Assembly (NCBI GenBank): GCA_031277345.1
Contig: JAITMO010000067.1
Span: 1 to 62,532, forward strand
Length of the DNA: 62,532 nt
Direction of reading: 5' to 3'
DNA from: Candidatus Bathycorpusculum soli
GTDB lineage: Archaea > Thermoproteota > Bathyarchaeia > Bathyarchaeales > Bathycorpusculaceae
Shown here: positions 1-10,791 of the stretch, in pieces
Numbering within the stretch: the stretch's first letter is position 1
How the letters are laid out: every line of letters begins with the position of its first letter
Notes under the pieces: model-generated
What the model was told of the DNA's origin: nothing
Database searches by the model: none
Seen by the model: only the letters and a program-made list of their open reading frames with translations
Made by a program: the position numbers and the translations under genes

Positions 1-135
1 CTGGTATTTGTACTTACAGAGGATATGAGCTTACCTATGAGTCTTGTGGATAACTGGACCATTGTCCAAGTTATCATCTTTATAGTTGAACTCTGCGCCC
101 TAATCCTTACCATCTTACACATAAAAAAAAACTGA
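1..135 (+). CDS. 3' end of a membrane-anchored surface/adhesin-like protein (truncated by window edge)
   Basis: Frame 1 reads LVFVLTEDMSLPMSLVDNWTIVQVIIFIVELCALILTILHIKKN*. The LTEDMxLPMxLVDxWT motif, TM helix and basic tail resemble C-terminal anchors of gut-microbe surface proteins. Confidence 0.6.
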   Translation: MVFVLTEDMSLPMSLVDNWTIVQVIIFIVELCALILTILHIKKN

Positions 136-342
136 CAAAATACACGGTTAATAGACTTCCCCAACCTTCCTCTTTATACAGTCATTTTTTGAATAGAATT
201 TAACATAACATTATAACTCTAATTGATACATGCACACAATACTTAACAAACTCTATTCCCAAACAAACCACTAAACAACTATTTACCAACAAAACCTCAA
301 CTCCACCTCAATCTTAATCCGCAACTTAACATGTATTCAGTA

Positions 343-520
343 TAAGCGATTTGACTTTTTATAGTCGATAACCAATGCTTGATCCAACCCTCAATATCAC
401 CACTAGTTATAGTGGCTAACGCTTCCGAAATAACTATAGACAAAACATCAACCGTTACAGCCTTCACCTAACACAAATACACCTTAAACTTCGACCAACT
501 AAAATCAGAAGCATGGTATC
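343..520 (-). pseudogene. IS630-family transposase C-terminal remnant with probable right end
   Basis: Minus strand reads WSKFKVYLC*VKAVTVDVLSIVISEALATITSGDIEGWIKH, typical of the IS630 C-terminus. The end TAAGCGATTTGACTTTT (343-359) resembles the left end of the IS630 relic at about 46113. Confidence 0.7.
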
Positions 521-802
521 ACTGCTTAGCTAACTCACGAGAAATCTCACGCTCCTTCTCAGCCTTCAAAGACTCAACACGAGCCTCATAAACAGCCTGA
601 TTCTGCACTCCAGCCTCTGTCTACTAAATCCGAATCTTGCTGCTCAATAGACCCAAAAACCACAGACACACAACCCCACTCAAAAAAACCTCAACAAAAC
701 AACTATATAAAATCCGCATAATGAACATAACAAAAACAACAACAAAAAACAACCAAAAAAACAGAAAAAATAGGAAAAAAACAACAATACAACACATATA
801 TG

Positions 803-929
803 GCATGTTGAAATTACATTGATAGTGTTTTTGTTAGTGGAGCATTTGAAATTGGTTTGTTTTTTCAATATCTCATTCTAATTTTGTTTTTAGCCCATAC
901 AAGAAACTATCAATGTTTATGTAACTTGC
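803..929. mobile_element. 127-bp MITE, copy 1
   Basis: Near-identical, same-length copy at 53731-53857. Imperfect 23-bp terminal inverted repeats (GCATGTTGAAATTACATTGATAG / CTATCAATGTTTATGTAACTTGC). Flanked by TG and TA. Confidence 0.8.
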
Positions 930-983
930 TATGCTGTAAATAAAAAAATACAGCAATTTCATGCATTACAGAACGGGGTAACT

Positions 984-1039
984 CTTAAATATGCATTAGT
1001 ATAGATAAACTCCACAGTAATACTAATGCACATTAGTAT
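984..1039 (+). promoter_or_regulatory. TATA-like box with palindromic operator upstream of a putative toxin-antitoxin pair
   Basis: CTTAAATA at 984-991, half-site TGCATTAGTAT at 992-1002, and perfect palindrome ATACTAATG-CA-CATTAGTAT at 1020-1039. Confidence 0.55.
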
Positions 1040-1066
1040 AACAATAACGTGAAATGGCCGATTTAT

Positions 1067-1258
1067 ATGACTACAGAAAAATCTATACGTAAAGTTAAGG
1101 TCCTACAAGGAAGAGCAAAAGAAGAAGCAGAAACAATGGGCTTAAAACCAGATGACTTAGTAATTTTAACAACAACCGTAAACTCTCTGCCACAGTACAA
1201 TATAGAAAAAATAGATGGCTCACCAGTAGACTATTTGATGAAAAAAGCATCAAAATAA
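1067..1258 (+). CDS. Small AbrB/MazE-like protein (putative antitoxin)
   Basis: 63 aa; MGLKPDDLVIL resembles the AbrB-fold LGLKPGDxV motif; lies directly upstream of a PIN-like gene. Alternative GTG start at 1049. Confidence 0.45.
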   Translation: MTTEKSIRKVKVLQGRAKEEAETMGLKPDDLVILTTTVNSLPQYNIEKIDGSPVDYLMKKASK

Positions 1259-1285
1259 TTTTACCATCTTTTTAAACTGAATTAG

Positions 1286-1801
1286 TTGGATACCCAAAAA
1301 ACAATTTTTGTCTTATGCCACTCTGTACTACATAAAGCTTTCAGACCCATAGTAAGAGGAGAATTAACACAACAAAATTTTAACTCATGCGAATCATCAA
1401 AATTTGTTATAAACACAATTATTGAACAACAAGCAGAATTATCAGAAAACGATTATTTTGCAGTCACCTCAGGCAAAGTCTGGGAATCATTCAAAGAAAA
1501 ATTTTTAGAAGATAAACCATCAAAGAAAAGGGCACAAGAAGTTCTAGATATTTTCAAAAATTCCATCAAAGTAGCAGGAGATAAACACTTAAAAACAGCT
1601 TCTTTAGATGATAGCGTTTTCATTATTTGTGATATACTGTACAACTTAAACAATTATACACCAATATTAATCTCAAACATACCAAGTAAACTAAACAAAG
1701 CAGAAAAATTCTACAACAAAAAATCAAGCAACACTATACCTTTCAAAATTTTAAACACCACAGAAGCTAAAGAATACCTAATAAAAAACTGTAAACTCTA
1801 A
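1286..1801 (+). CDS. Divergent PIN-domain (VapC-like) protein
   Basis: Motif order IFVLCHSVL / AVTSGKVWESF / DDSVFIIC / ILISN / FKILNTTEAKEYL follows the PIN fold, but most catalytic acidic residues are replaced. Confidence 0.45.
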   Translation: MDTQKTIFVLCHSVLHKAFRPIVRGELTQQNFNSCESSKFVINTIIEQQAELSENDYFAVTSGKVWESFKEKFLEDKPSKKRAQEVLDIFKNSIKVAGDKHLKTASLDDSVFIICDILYNLNNYTPILISNIPSKLNKAEKFYNKKSSNTIPFKILNTTEAKEYLIKNCKL

Positions 1802-1927
1802 AATAACAAAGACACAAAATGTCTATACTTTAAATTATCAACCAAAATTTTTACTTCACTACTGCCGCCACACTAATTAACTAAATTTTCTCTTTTTCCA
1901 AATACGTTTTAATCTTAGAACCTGTAC

Positions 1928-2178
1928 TCAGTATCGCCTTAGTAATGTATTAGGTGTGAGACCATAAAGGTATTTTCCTCATAAACAGTTTAATTTCATA
2001 GTCTTTTGATAAAATTCGCGACCAACTCACCCACGCAAAAGTCCGCTCCACACACTAACACTTAGACAAAACCCGTCACAACTTAACTTAATCCACTCAG
2101 AAATATCCATCACACCACCATTTAACCCTCAAACTCTACAAAAATACCACAATAGCCCTCACTAGCCACACCCACATT
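1928..2178 (-). pseudogene. IS5-family (IS1031-like) transposase C-terminal remnant
   Basis: Minus strand carries VERTFAWVSWSRILSKDYEIK...LLRRY* with frameshifts and stops upstream. Confidence 0.8.
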
Positions 2179-2449
2179 TTATTGACCTGTACTTGTTTTT
2201 TGGATAGTGTTCAGTTAAAGAATGCTTTACCTTCTCCTCTTTCAAAAACACAATGACTATTGAAACAAGTAGCAGAAAACACTTGTACACTCTCCACAGA
2301 AACTAAAGAAATCTTACGTCTTCTATGACTTTATACTGAATGCCAACTTAGCTTATCGCGTAACACTAAAGTTACGGTTCTCAAATATACAGGTATATAT
2401 ACAACCTTTGTAGTTGTATATAACCTGTTATATAGTGAGGCATTAATTA

Positions 2450-2941
2450 ATGTCAAATTCTGAGTATGCGTTAAACGAAGAAGCATCTAACAGTGCGATA
2501 ACGTGCAAAAAATGTGATTCAAAGAATCTGGTTAAAAGTGGTTTGGTTGCTGGAAAACAACGTTTCCGTTGTAAAGAGTGTGGCTGTAATTTTCGTGTTG
2601 GTGATAACCGAACAGGCGAACAGGTATTGGCAAAAAAACTCTTGTGCGTTTTACTACATTTTATGACCAAAACTTCTTTTAGAACACTTGGCGAACTCAT
2701 CAAAACAGACCATGCATTGGCGTATAGATGGGTTCGAGAATTTAATGAAAACTCGTTAAAAATTCAGAATCCAAACGAAATTAAACAGATGAACCCCTCT
2801 GAATTGCAACACTTTATAGATCTGAAAAAAAACCTTTGGTCATCAGAACCTCTAACAGTAGTAGATGGCGAGTTGTGTAATGGATGTTCAGCAACTGTGA
2901 TACTACAATTTTCAAAAGACTCTCCATCAAAAGATATTTAA
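2450..2941 (+). CDS. IS1-family InsA-like Zn-ribbon/HTH protein lacking the DDE domain
   Basis: CKKCDSKNLVKSG..GKQRFRCKECGCNF Zn ribbon and HTH (SFRTLGELIKTDHALAYRWVREF). SELQHFIDLKKNLW is a degenerate start of the InsB DE(L/M)WHF..KKN.LW motif, followed by an unrelated tail. Confidence 0.7.
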   Translation: MSNSEYALNEEASNSAITCKKCDSKNLVKSGLVAGKQRFRCKECGCNFRVGDNRTGEQVLAKKLLCVLLHFMTKTSFRTLGELIKTDHALAYRWVREFNENSLKIQNPNEIKQMNPSELQHFIDLKKNLWSSEPLTVVDGELCNGCSATVILQFSKDSPSKDI

Positions 2942-3156
2942 AACCACTACTACACTGACAAATCATGAACCACTATGCATTAGGTGGCCATGACCCCTTT
3001 AACTTGTTTATATATATGGTTACTACTGTTGCATACAAAGTTTGCATAGCAATACTAAAATTTGTTTTAGAAAAAACTAATGCTCCATCTTTGTAACTTA
3101 GCGTAGGTAAGTTTATGAAGTTCCACTGTAAAGTACACTAATTGAAGTGTGAGCTG

Positions 3157-3522
3157 ATGCACAGACGTATAAATCCTCGTGAACAAAAACGCATGATGCA
3201 ACGCATGGGCATGAACATGGATAGTGTTGAAGATGTTACCCAAGTTATCATAAGAACCCCTGCAAAAGACATAATCATCGATGAACCCGAAGTTGCAATT
3301 TTACAAGTTCAAGGACAAAAAATGTACCAAATCATCGGTGGACAAGTATCTGAACAAGCTCCAGGTAACATTTTAGCATCTGCACCAGCAAAACCCATAT
3401 TTACCGACGAAGACGCACAGTTAGTAGCCGACCAAACAGGAAAAAGCCTAGATCAAGCTAAAGAAGCCCTTGAAGACTGCGGAGGAGACCTAGCAAAAGC
3501 AATCCTTCTTCTCTCATCCTAA
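3157..3522 (+). CDS. nac: Nascent polypeptide-associated complex protein
   Basis: NPREQKRMMQRMGM N-terminus, NAC domain, C-terminal UBA (LVADQTG...EALEDCGGDLAKAIL). Confidence 0.95.
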   Translation: MHRRINPREQKRMMQRMGMNMDSVEDVTQVIIRTPAKDIIIDEPEVAILQVQGQKMYQIIGGQVSEQAPGNILASAPAKPIFTDEDAQLVADQTGKSLDQAKEALEDCGGDLAKAILLLSS

Positions 3523-3615
3523 ATAGCTTCTACTTTTTTATCGTCATCTTTAACAAAATTTAAACGAATAGTTATTATTATTAACTTCTTAGATAGTGTT
3601 TGTTGGTTAGCGCTT

Positions 3616-4545
3616 ATGGAAAATTGGGATGTAATTATTGTTGGTGCTGGTTCTGCTGGGTTAGCTGCTGGTATTTATGCTGTGCGAAGTGGATTAAAAA
3701 CACTTCTACTTGATGAAAAATTGGCTGGAGGTAACATTAGTGATGCACCATTGGTGGTGAACTATCCTGGTTTTGCTGAAATAAGTGGGCGCGAGCTCTC
3801 TGAAAAAATAGTTTCTCAATGTAAAAACTTTGGCGCTGTTATACATGAGCTTGAAGCTGTAGAAGCATTAACGTTTAATGGGGATACAAAAATTGTAACA
3901 ACTAACAAGACTGTTTATCAAGCTAAGGCAGTAATTTTAGCTTCGGGGGCTCGACATAAAACTGTTGGCATTAAAGGTGAACAAGAGTTCTATGGTCGGG
4001 GTGTTAGTTATTGTGGTGTTTGTGATGGTCCTTTCTTTAAAGAAAAAAAAATTGCTGTCCTTGGCGGTGGAAACTCTGCATGTAGCACTGCTGTTTATCT
4101 TTCTTATTTAGCAAGTCATGTTACCCTAATTCATAGACAAGACCGCTTTAGAGCAGAACATCGTTTAGTTCTAGATGTTACTTCAAAATCTAATGTAAAT
4201 ATACTTTGGAATACTGAAATTGAAAAAATCCAAGGTGACCACAAAGTAAGACATTTGATGTTAAAAAATAATATCTCTGGTGAAAAAACCATACTTGATG
4301 TTGACGCAGTGTTTATACAAATTGGTGAAATCCCAAACAGCACTGTAGCAAAAGCCTCTGGAATAGAAACTAGTACTGCTGGCTACATTAAAATCAATAT
4401 AAACCAAGAAACCAATATCTCTGGTATTTACGCTGCAGGTGACGTGACAACACATCCAATCAAACAAGTCGGCACAGCCGTAGGCCAAGGTATCACTGCA
4501 GCACTCAAAGTATATAACTATATCCAAAAATTACCTAAAACATAA
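3616..4545 (+). CDS. trxB: Thioredoxin-disulfide reductase
   Basis: GAGSAG FAD motif, GRGVSYCGVCDG CxxC, GGGNSA NADPH motif, GIYAAGDV. Confidence 0.95.
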   Translation: MENWDVIIVGAGSAGLAAGIYAVRSGLKTLLLDEKLAGGNISDAPLVVNYPGFAEISGRELSEKIVSQCKNFGAVIHELEAVEALTFNGDTKIVTTNKTVYQAKAVILASGARHKTVGIKGEQEFYGRGVSYCGVCDGPFFKEKKIAVLGGGNSACSTAVYLSYLASHVTLIHRQDRFRAEHRLVLDVTSKSNVNILWNTEIEKIQGDHKVRHLMLKNNISGEKTILDVDAVFIQIGEIPNSTVAKASGIETSTAGYIKININQETNISGIYAAGDVTTHPIKQVGTAVGQGITAALKVYNYIQKLPKT

Positions 4546-4938
4546 AAACCCGCAAAATTGGGTGATGCTATGAACTATTTTTGACGTAATCTGTAAACAG
4601 AAAAATAACTCTTTAAAGAAACATCTTACACCACAATTACGCCAGTTTGACCATAAATTTTACCCCTCAAAAAAAAAAAATATTTCACTTAATCTAGAAC
4701 ACTGCCAAATATCAGACAAATTTTTATGCAACTTGATAATCCAGACAACTTTATCCAACTGATTATACCCTAGTATTTAGTTCTGGCTCTTTTTGAATGT
4801 TCAAGTTTTATAGAATAACCTGAAATGGTGGCGGTTTGCCTCTGTAATCAAGTTGCTATTGATTTTTGCGCATAAAAATCTGCGATGCTTTTAAATATCT
4901 CTATACTGCAGTTGTAGAGTGCATAATAAGGTGTAACG

Positions 4939-5379
4939 ATGCCAAAGCAAGAAAAAGGAAAATCTCATTCAATACGGCCTGTAAGTCGTCGCCCTCCAAG
5001 CTGGTGTAAATATCAGCCTGAGGAAGTAGAAGCCTTTGTTATTAAACTCGCAAAGGAAGGTCATGCGTTAAGTGCAATAGGCACAATTCTTAGAGATCAG
5101 TATGCAATTCCACTAGTAAAGCCAATCACTGGCAAAAGTGTAAGTGCTATTCTAAAAGAAGCTAATTTAACTCCATCAATGCCTGAGGATCTTAACAATA
5201 TGATGAAAAAAGCTCACGCTCTAGCAGTTCATATGGAGAAAAATAAAAGAGACCTGCACAACAAACGTAACATGCAGGTAATCGAAGCACAAATTCATAA
5301 ACTTTCACGTTACTACAAACGTGAAGGAAAAATTGCAAAGAATTGGAAGTATGAAGCAAAAATCGCTTCAATATTCTAA
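4939..5379 (+). CDS. rps15: 30S ribosomal protein uS15 (S15P/S13e)
   Basis: KGKSHSIRP, IGTILRDQYAIP, MPEDL, KLSRYYK motifs. Confidence 0.97.
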   Translation: MPKQEKGKSHSIRPVSRRPPSWCKYQPEEVEAFVIKLAKEGHALSAIGTILRDQYAIPLVKPITGKSVSAILKEANLTPSMPEDLNNMMKKAHALAVHMEKNKRDLHNKRNMQVIEAQIHKLSRYYKREGKIAKNWKYEAKIASIF

Positions 5380-5469
5380 ACAAACCTTCTTGCTTTTCTG
5401 TTTCCTCTTTTTAATACACCAGCTTTAAATTCAATTGACAAACCTCTTATTTCTAACTGAGGCATCATT

Positions 5470-6933
5470 ATGATAAAACAAACCCCAATAGAACCCTTCT
5501 TAGCAACTGCAGATAAAGCCGCAAAAATGATACTTGAAATCGTACAACAAGACGGATTCATAAGTTGCTTCTCACATTTAGACGCAGACGGAGTTGCAGC
5601 CGCAGGCATAATATCTAAAACTCTATATAGACTCGATGCTCGTTATCGTGTTCGTGTTATGCAATGGGTCGATGACAAAATCATAAACGATATAACCGCT
5701 GATAAACCACAGCTTGTACTGTTAACTGATTTTGGAAGCGGATACCTACAACTATTAAACGAAAAAATTCCCAACACAAAAATCGTTATCATGGATCACC
5801 ACCAAATCACTGCCACAGTAGATAACCCAAACTTTGTACAAGTAAATCCTCATGAACACGGCATCGATGGTGCAACAGAAGTTAGCGGCTCAGGAGTAAC
5901 ATATTTCGTAGCTAAAGCTATTAACCCAAAAAACATTGACTTATCACCCATCGCTCTAGTTGGTGCCCTTGGCGATATGCAAGACAAATACGATCAACGA
6001 AGCTTTGATGGCCTAAACAAGTTAATCCTAAACGATGCTATACAAGCAGATCTAATGAAAGTAGAAAAAGACCTCACATTTTTCGGACGCGAAACCCGAC
6101 CTATTCACCGCACTCTAGCAACAACAACTAACCCCTTCATTCCCGGTCTAAGCGGAGAAGAAGATAAAGCTTTAGCTTTTCTGTCAACTTTAAACATTAA
6201 CCTAAAACAAGGCGGACGATTCCGCGCTCTAAGCGATCTAGATGGAGATGAAAAGAAACGATTATGCTCCGCACTAGCAGACTATATGATATCCAAAGGC
6301 TTACATGCAGAAGTTTCAAACCTAATCGGCAACAATTACGTACTAACCAACGAGGAATCAAACACTGCCCTTAGAGATGCCCGTGAATATTCTGTACTGT
6401 TAAACTCTACCGGTCGTATGGATCGACCCAGCCTTGGCATTGCCATTTGTATGGGTGACCGTGGCACAGCACTTGAAGAATCAAATAATATATTAGAAAA
6501 CTATCGTAAAAACATTAACAAGTACCTCGGTTGGGTTACAGAAAAACCCGAACGACTTCGCGAACTAGACCATATTTATGTCATTGATGGTGAAGACTTT
6601 ATTAACGAAAAAATTATAGGCACAGTATCATCTATTATGGTCGCTGGTCTATCTAACAACCAAAAACCCCTCATTGCCTACGCTAAAGTAGATGGAGAAG
6701 AATCGTTCAAAATCTCTTCTCGTACAACTGAAATCGCATTACAAAAAGGTGTTAATCTTGGAGACGTTATGCGTTTAGCTTCTGAAAAAAATGCTGGTAA
6801 AGGAGGTGGCCACAATATTGCTGCTGGAGCCCAAGTTCCAATGAGTAAAATTGAAGATTTCATAGTTACAGTTAGCGAGTTGATTGGACTACAATTAAAG
6901 GGTGAAACACTTGCAAGCGACAATTGTGCTTAA
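5470..6933 (+). CDS. DHH-family RecJ-like exonuclease (GAN/HAN type)
   Basis: SHLDADG, TDFGSG, DHH and GGGHNIAAGA (DHHA1) motifs; conserved rps15-recJ-pcc1 gene order. Confidence 0.93.
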   Translation: MIKQTPIEPFLATADKAAKMILEIVQQDGFISCFSHLDADGVAAAGIISKTLYRLDARYRVRVMQWVDDKIINDITADKPQLVLLTDFGSGYLQLLNEKIPNTKIVIMDHHQITATVDNPNFVQVNPHEHGIDGATEVSGSGVTYFVAKAINPKNIDLSPIALVGALGDMQDKYDQRSFDGLNKLILNDAIQADLMKVEKDLTFFGRETRPIHRTLATTTNPFIPGLSGEEDKALAFLSTLNINLKQGGRFRALSDLDGDEKKRLCSALADYMISKGLHAEVSNLIGNNYVLTNEESNTALRDAREYSVLLNSTGRMDRPSLGIAICMGDRGTALEESNNILENYRKNINKYLGWVTEKPERLRELDHIYVIDGEDFINEKIIGTVSSIMVAGLSNNQKPLIAYAKVDGEESFKISSRTTEIALQKGVNLGDVMRLASEKNAGKGGGHNIAAGAQVPMSKIEDFIVTVSELIGLQLKGETLASDNCA

Positions 6934-7159
6934 ATATTCTGATGCCAAAACAGCTGAAACAATAGCTAAAGCAGTTTCTCCTGATAATGTGCAGACCCCA
7001 TCTGGATTAAGCATAACCACTATTAACAATGATTGTAGAGTTGTAACTGACATTATTTATGAGGGCAAAATAGCTACTTTTATAGCAACTATTGACGATT
7101 TACTTTTTAGCGTTTCAACAGCAGAAAAAACCTTACAAACCATACAACAATCAAAATAA
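6902..7159 (+). CDS. pcc1: KEOPS complex subunit Pcc1
   Basis: AETIAKAVSPDN...TFIATIDDLL; size and position after the RecJ-like gene fit. Confidence 0.85.
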   Translation: MKHLQATIVLKYSDAKTAETIAKAVSPDNVQTPSGLSITTINNDCRVVTDIIYEGKIATFIATIDDLLFSVSTAEKTLQTIQQSK

Positions 7160-7318
7160 TCGTCACCACTATACTTCTTAACTAACAAGTGTGTAAACTA
7201 TGATTTGTAGATTTTTCTGTTTATGTTTAATAATTATTGGCTAATTTTGGTTTTTTCGCGCTTGTTTGTAGAGATGATTTATCTATGAGATGTTGTCTTA
7301 TTTGTCATGTGAAATGTT

Positions 7319-7504
7319 ATGTGCGAATTTAATGTTATTTTAGATAAACAAGTTGTTTTTGGTGATGTAATTTATGTCAAGATTGATGGCAGTGATGTTA
7401 TGGTGAGAAATATTATAGGTGACACTCAACAGTATAAATCTGTAAAGATTACTGAAATCAATGTAGCTACTTCACAACTTGTCTTAGAGACAGTCAAGAT
7501 TTAA
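7319..7504 (+). CDS. CooT-family nickel-binding protein
   Basis: 61 aa, MCEFNV N-terminus, VFGDVIYV...RNIIG pattern. Confidence 0.8.
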   Translation: MCEFNVILDKQVVFGDVIYVKIDGSDVMVRNIIGDTQQYKSVKITEINVATSQLVLETVKI

Positions 7505-7640
7505 AACTGTTTAACTTTATTTTGGTTTATATTGTATATTTTTTGTGTTATGCTTAAGTTATGTTGCTGTTAGTTTTTTAATTGTTGTGTTTTAAAGTTT
7601 ATATAGGAATATTGTCTTTTTGAACAGGTTTATTTTAGCT

Positions 7641-9824
7641 ATGGAGAGTTCTAATGTGAGCGAAGTTCAATTGCGTGTTGGAGATGCCCGACAGAGAGAT
7701 GTGGGTCGCGGAATAGCTCGTATTGATCAGCGGGCTATGCAAAAGCTTGGTATAAGTGCTGGTGATGTTATAGAGATTGTTAATAAGCGAACTACAAGTG
7801 CTATTGCTTGGCCTGCTTATAGTGAAGATCAGAATCGTGATGTGATTCGAATTGATGGTTTTACTCGTAAAAATAGCGGTGTAGCTTTAAATGAGTATGT
7901 TGTGGTAAAGCCTGCAAAGGTAAAACCTGCTCAAAGTCTTACGTTGGCGCCTGTTGATATGCGCCTTAATGTGGATGAGGATTTCACAAATTTTGTTAAG
8001 AATCGTTTAATGGAACGTACTCTTGTTGAGGGCGATACAACTCTTGTTATGATGTTGGGCCATGCTATACCTTTTGCTGTTTCAAAGACACGACCTCATG
8101 GCATTATAAAAGTGACCGCTGAAACTCGGTTAACTATTCTAAATGAGCCTGTTCCTGAGGGTAAGGGTTTACCTCGTACTACATATGAGGACATTGGTGG
8201 ATTACATGGAGAAATTCAGCGCGTACGTGAAATGGTGGAGTTGCCCCTTCGTCATCCTGAGCTTTTTCAACGTCTCGGTATTGAACCTCCTAAAGGCGTC
8301 TTGTTACATGGTCCTCCAGGTTGTGGTAAAACTTTACTTGCTCGTGCAGTTGCAAATGAGTCTGAGGCTAACTTTTATAGCATAAACGGTCCTGAAATCA
8401 TGAGCAAATTTTATGGTGAGTCTGAGGCGCGTTTACGTGAAATATTCCAGCAGGCGCAACAGAATGCTCCTAGCATTATCTTTATTGATGAATTCGATAG
8501 TTTAGCCCCAAAGCGTGAAGAGGTTACAGGCGAGGTTGAGCGTCGTGTGGTAGCTCAGTTACTTGCTTTAATGGATGGTCTAGGTGGCCGGGGCAATGTA
8601 ATAGTTATTGGTGCAACTAATAGACCAAGCGCTCTTGACCAGGCGTTACGTAGACCTGGAAGGTTTGACCGTGAAATAGAGATTAGTGTGCCTGATAAAC
8701 GCGGACGTCATGAAGTTCTCCAAATTCATACGCGTGGCATGCCTTTAGCTGAAGATGTTGATCTGAATAGACTCTCCTCTATGACTCATGGATATACTGG
8801 TGCAGATTTATCTTCTCTATGTCGAGAAACTGCTATGAAAGCTCTTAGACGTTATTTACCTCAGATTAACCTTGAGGAGGAACGGATTCCGCCTGAAGTG
8901 TTAGAAAAAATGGAGGTAAAAATGGATGACTTTACAACTGCATACAAAGAGGTAACTCCTACAGCTATGCGAGAAGTATACATCGAAGTTTCCTCTGTTC
9001 ACTGGAATGATGTAGGCGGACTTGATAATGTTAAACAACATCTCAAGGAGGCTGTTGAATGGCCAATTAAAAATCCTGAACGTTTTAGCCGTTTAGGTAT
9101 ACGCGCTCCTAAAGGCATACTAGTATACGGTCCTCCGGGCTGTGGCAAAACTCTACTTGCTCGTGCAATTGCAACTGAGAGTGAGGCAAACTTTATCTCT
9201 ATTAAAGGCCCTGAAGTTTTTAGTAAGTGGGTTGGCGAATCCGAAAAAGCGATACGTGAAGTTTTTCGCAAAGCTCGTATGGCTGCTCCAGCTGTTGTGT
9301 TTCTTGACGAAATTGATTCTTTAACCCCTAGACGTGGCGGCGCATCTGAAAATGATGTTTCTGAACGAGTAATTAGTCAATTATTAACCGAAATGGATGG
9401 TATAAACACGTTACATGATATTGTAGTTATTGCAGCTACTAACCGTCCAGATATGGTTGACCCAGCAGTTATCCGCCCTGGCCGATTTGACCGTTTAATA
9501 TACGCCCCTGAACCTGATGAAAAGAGTCGCGTGCAGATCTTTAAACTATACACAAAAGATATGCCTCTTGACTCTAACATTGATGTAAATCAGCTTGCCT
9601 CTATAACTAAATATTATAGCGGTGCTGACATTGAGTCTTTATGTCGTGAAGCAGCTATGCGTGCATTACGTCGAGATGTCAATGTTCAAAAAGTAACAAA
9701 CCAAGACTTTCAGGATGCTGTAAAAGAAGTTGGGCCATCCATTAATCCTGATATGGAAAAATGGTACAAGAGTTTCATGCAATCTATCCGTCAAGTACAA
9801 AAACCAGCAACACCTGTAACTTAG
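7641..9824 (+). CDS. cdc48: Cdc48/VCP AAA+ ATPase
   Basis: N-domain ([11 protein letters not shown]) and two AAA modules, each with GPPGCGKT Walker A, a Walker B and RPGRFDR. Confidence 0.97.
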   Translation: MESSNVSEVQLRVGDARQRDVGRGIARIDQRAMQKLGISAGDVIEIVNKRTTSAIAWPAYSEDQNRDVIRIDGFTRKNSGVALNEYVVVKPAKVKPAQSLTLAPVDMRLNVDEDFTNFVKNRLMERTLVEGDTTLVMMLGHAIPFAVSKTRPHGIIKVTAETRLTILNEPVPEGKGLPRTTYEDIGGLHGEIQRVREMVELPLRHPELFQRLGIEPPKGVLLHGPPGCGKTLLARAVANESEANFYSINGPEIMSKFYGESEARLREIFQQAQQNAPSIIFIDEFDSLAPKREEVTGEVERRVVAQLLALMDGLGGRGNVIVIGATNRPSALDQALRRPGRFDREIEISVPDKRGRHEVLQIHTRGMPLAEDVDLNRLSSMTHGYTGADLSSLCRETAMKALRRYLPQINLEEERIPPEVLEKMEVKMDDFTTAYKEVTPTAMREVYIEVSSVHWNDVGGLDNVKQHLKEAVEWPIKNPERFSRLGIRAPKGILVYGPPGCGKTLLARAIATESEANFISIKGPEVFSKWVGESEKAIREVFRKARMAAPAVVFLDEIDSLTPRRGGASENDVSERVISQLLTEMDGINTLHDIVVIAATNRPDMVDPAVIRPGRFDRLIYAPEPDEKSRVQIFKLYTKDMPLDSNIDVNQLASITKYYSGADIESLCREAAMRALRRDVNVQKVTNQDFQDAVKEVGPSINPDMEKWYKSFMQSIRQVQKPATPVT

Positions 9825-9841
9825 GAGAAGCGAAAACAACA

Positions 9842-10072
9842 ATGCCACAAATTAAAACTTGGAAAACCCGCCCAGCTCACTTTGCTCTTTTAAGCATCTT
9901 GAGTAAAAAAGGTGATCTAACCGATGATGAACTATTCAGTCAGATGCGTAGCGAATTTGAAGATCTAGGGTTCAAAGACTTCAATGAATTACTACTTGGT
10001 CTAGAAGTTAGTGGCAAAATCCGAACTTCTGGTATGTCTCGTGGTAAACGTCGCATCGAAATAGTTCAATAA
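9842..10072 (+). CDS. Small winged-helix protein downstream of cdc48
   Basis: 76 aa after an SD-like GGAG; helix-helix-helix-wing pattern (LTDDELF...FNELLLGLEVSGKIRT...RRIEI). Confidence 0.7.
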   Translation: MPQIKTWKTRPAHFALLSILSKKGDLTDDELFSQMRSEFEDLGFKDFNELLLGLEVSGKIRTSGMSRGKRRIEIVQ

Positions 10073-10520
10073 TTCCTTTTTAGATTCACTTACTTCTTTT
10101 TTATTAAATATATTATTAATTTAATGTATCATTCATGTTAACGTGTAGTAATTTGTTTTGTTTATCATTTTTTAAAGAAAATTATTAAGCAATATTGTTA
10201 AATTTGTTACTACTTTAATATGTTTTGTGTGAGTGTAATACTCTGTTGTGAATTTGTTGGATAATACTTAAGTCTGTTGAGCAAGAGTTGAATTTGTTTA
10301 AGCCATAGAAACAAATATTATGACACATAAAGAGTTTTAACCTTTAAAAGATGATGATGTGGTTGATGATAAAAAATGGTTTTAGTTCTCAAAGCAATGA
10401 GACTGTTACCGCTGTTACTTTAGGTATAGCTGATTTGATTTGGTTACATTTTGTTCAAGATTTTATTATGTCAGCATCAAACAATCTCAAACGATAAGTC
10501 TCAAGGGGTATGTAGCATTA

Positions 10521-10766
10521 GTGTTTTATGTTTACATTTTGTTATGTTGTGATGGTAGTTTCTACACGGGTTATACAAAAGATGTGGAAACAAGGTTGCG
10601 GTTACACCAAATTGGTAAAGGTGCAAGATACACTAGAATTCATAAACCCAAAAAATTAGTGTATTTTGAAGAATGTGCTTCTCGTAGTTTAGCAATGAGG
10701 CGTGAGCGTAGTATTAAAAAACTAAGTCACCAACAAAAACAAGTTTTAATTGACTCTAAGCTTTAA
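10521..10766 (+). CDS. GIY-YIG nuclease (UPF0213/YhbQ type)
   Basis: YVYILLCCDGSFYTGYT...RLRLHQIGKGARYTR...RERSIKKL. Confidence 0.92.
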   Translation: MFYVYILLCCDGSFYTGYTKDVETRLRLHQIGKGARYTRIHKPKKLVYFEECASRSLAMRRERSIKKLSHQQKQVLIDSKL

Positions 10767-10791
10767 CGATGATATTGTTGTTTATTGTGTT

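Noticed and set aside
624-868. Three overlapping short ORFs
   Set aside because: Low-complexity A/C-rich DNA lacking stop codons, partly overlapping the MITE.
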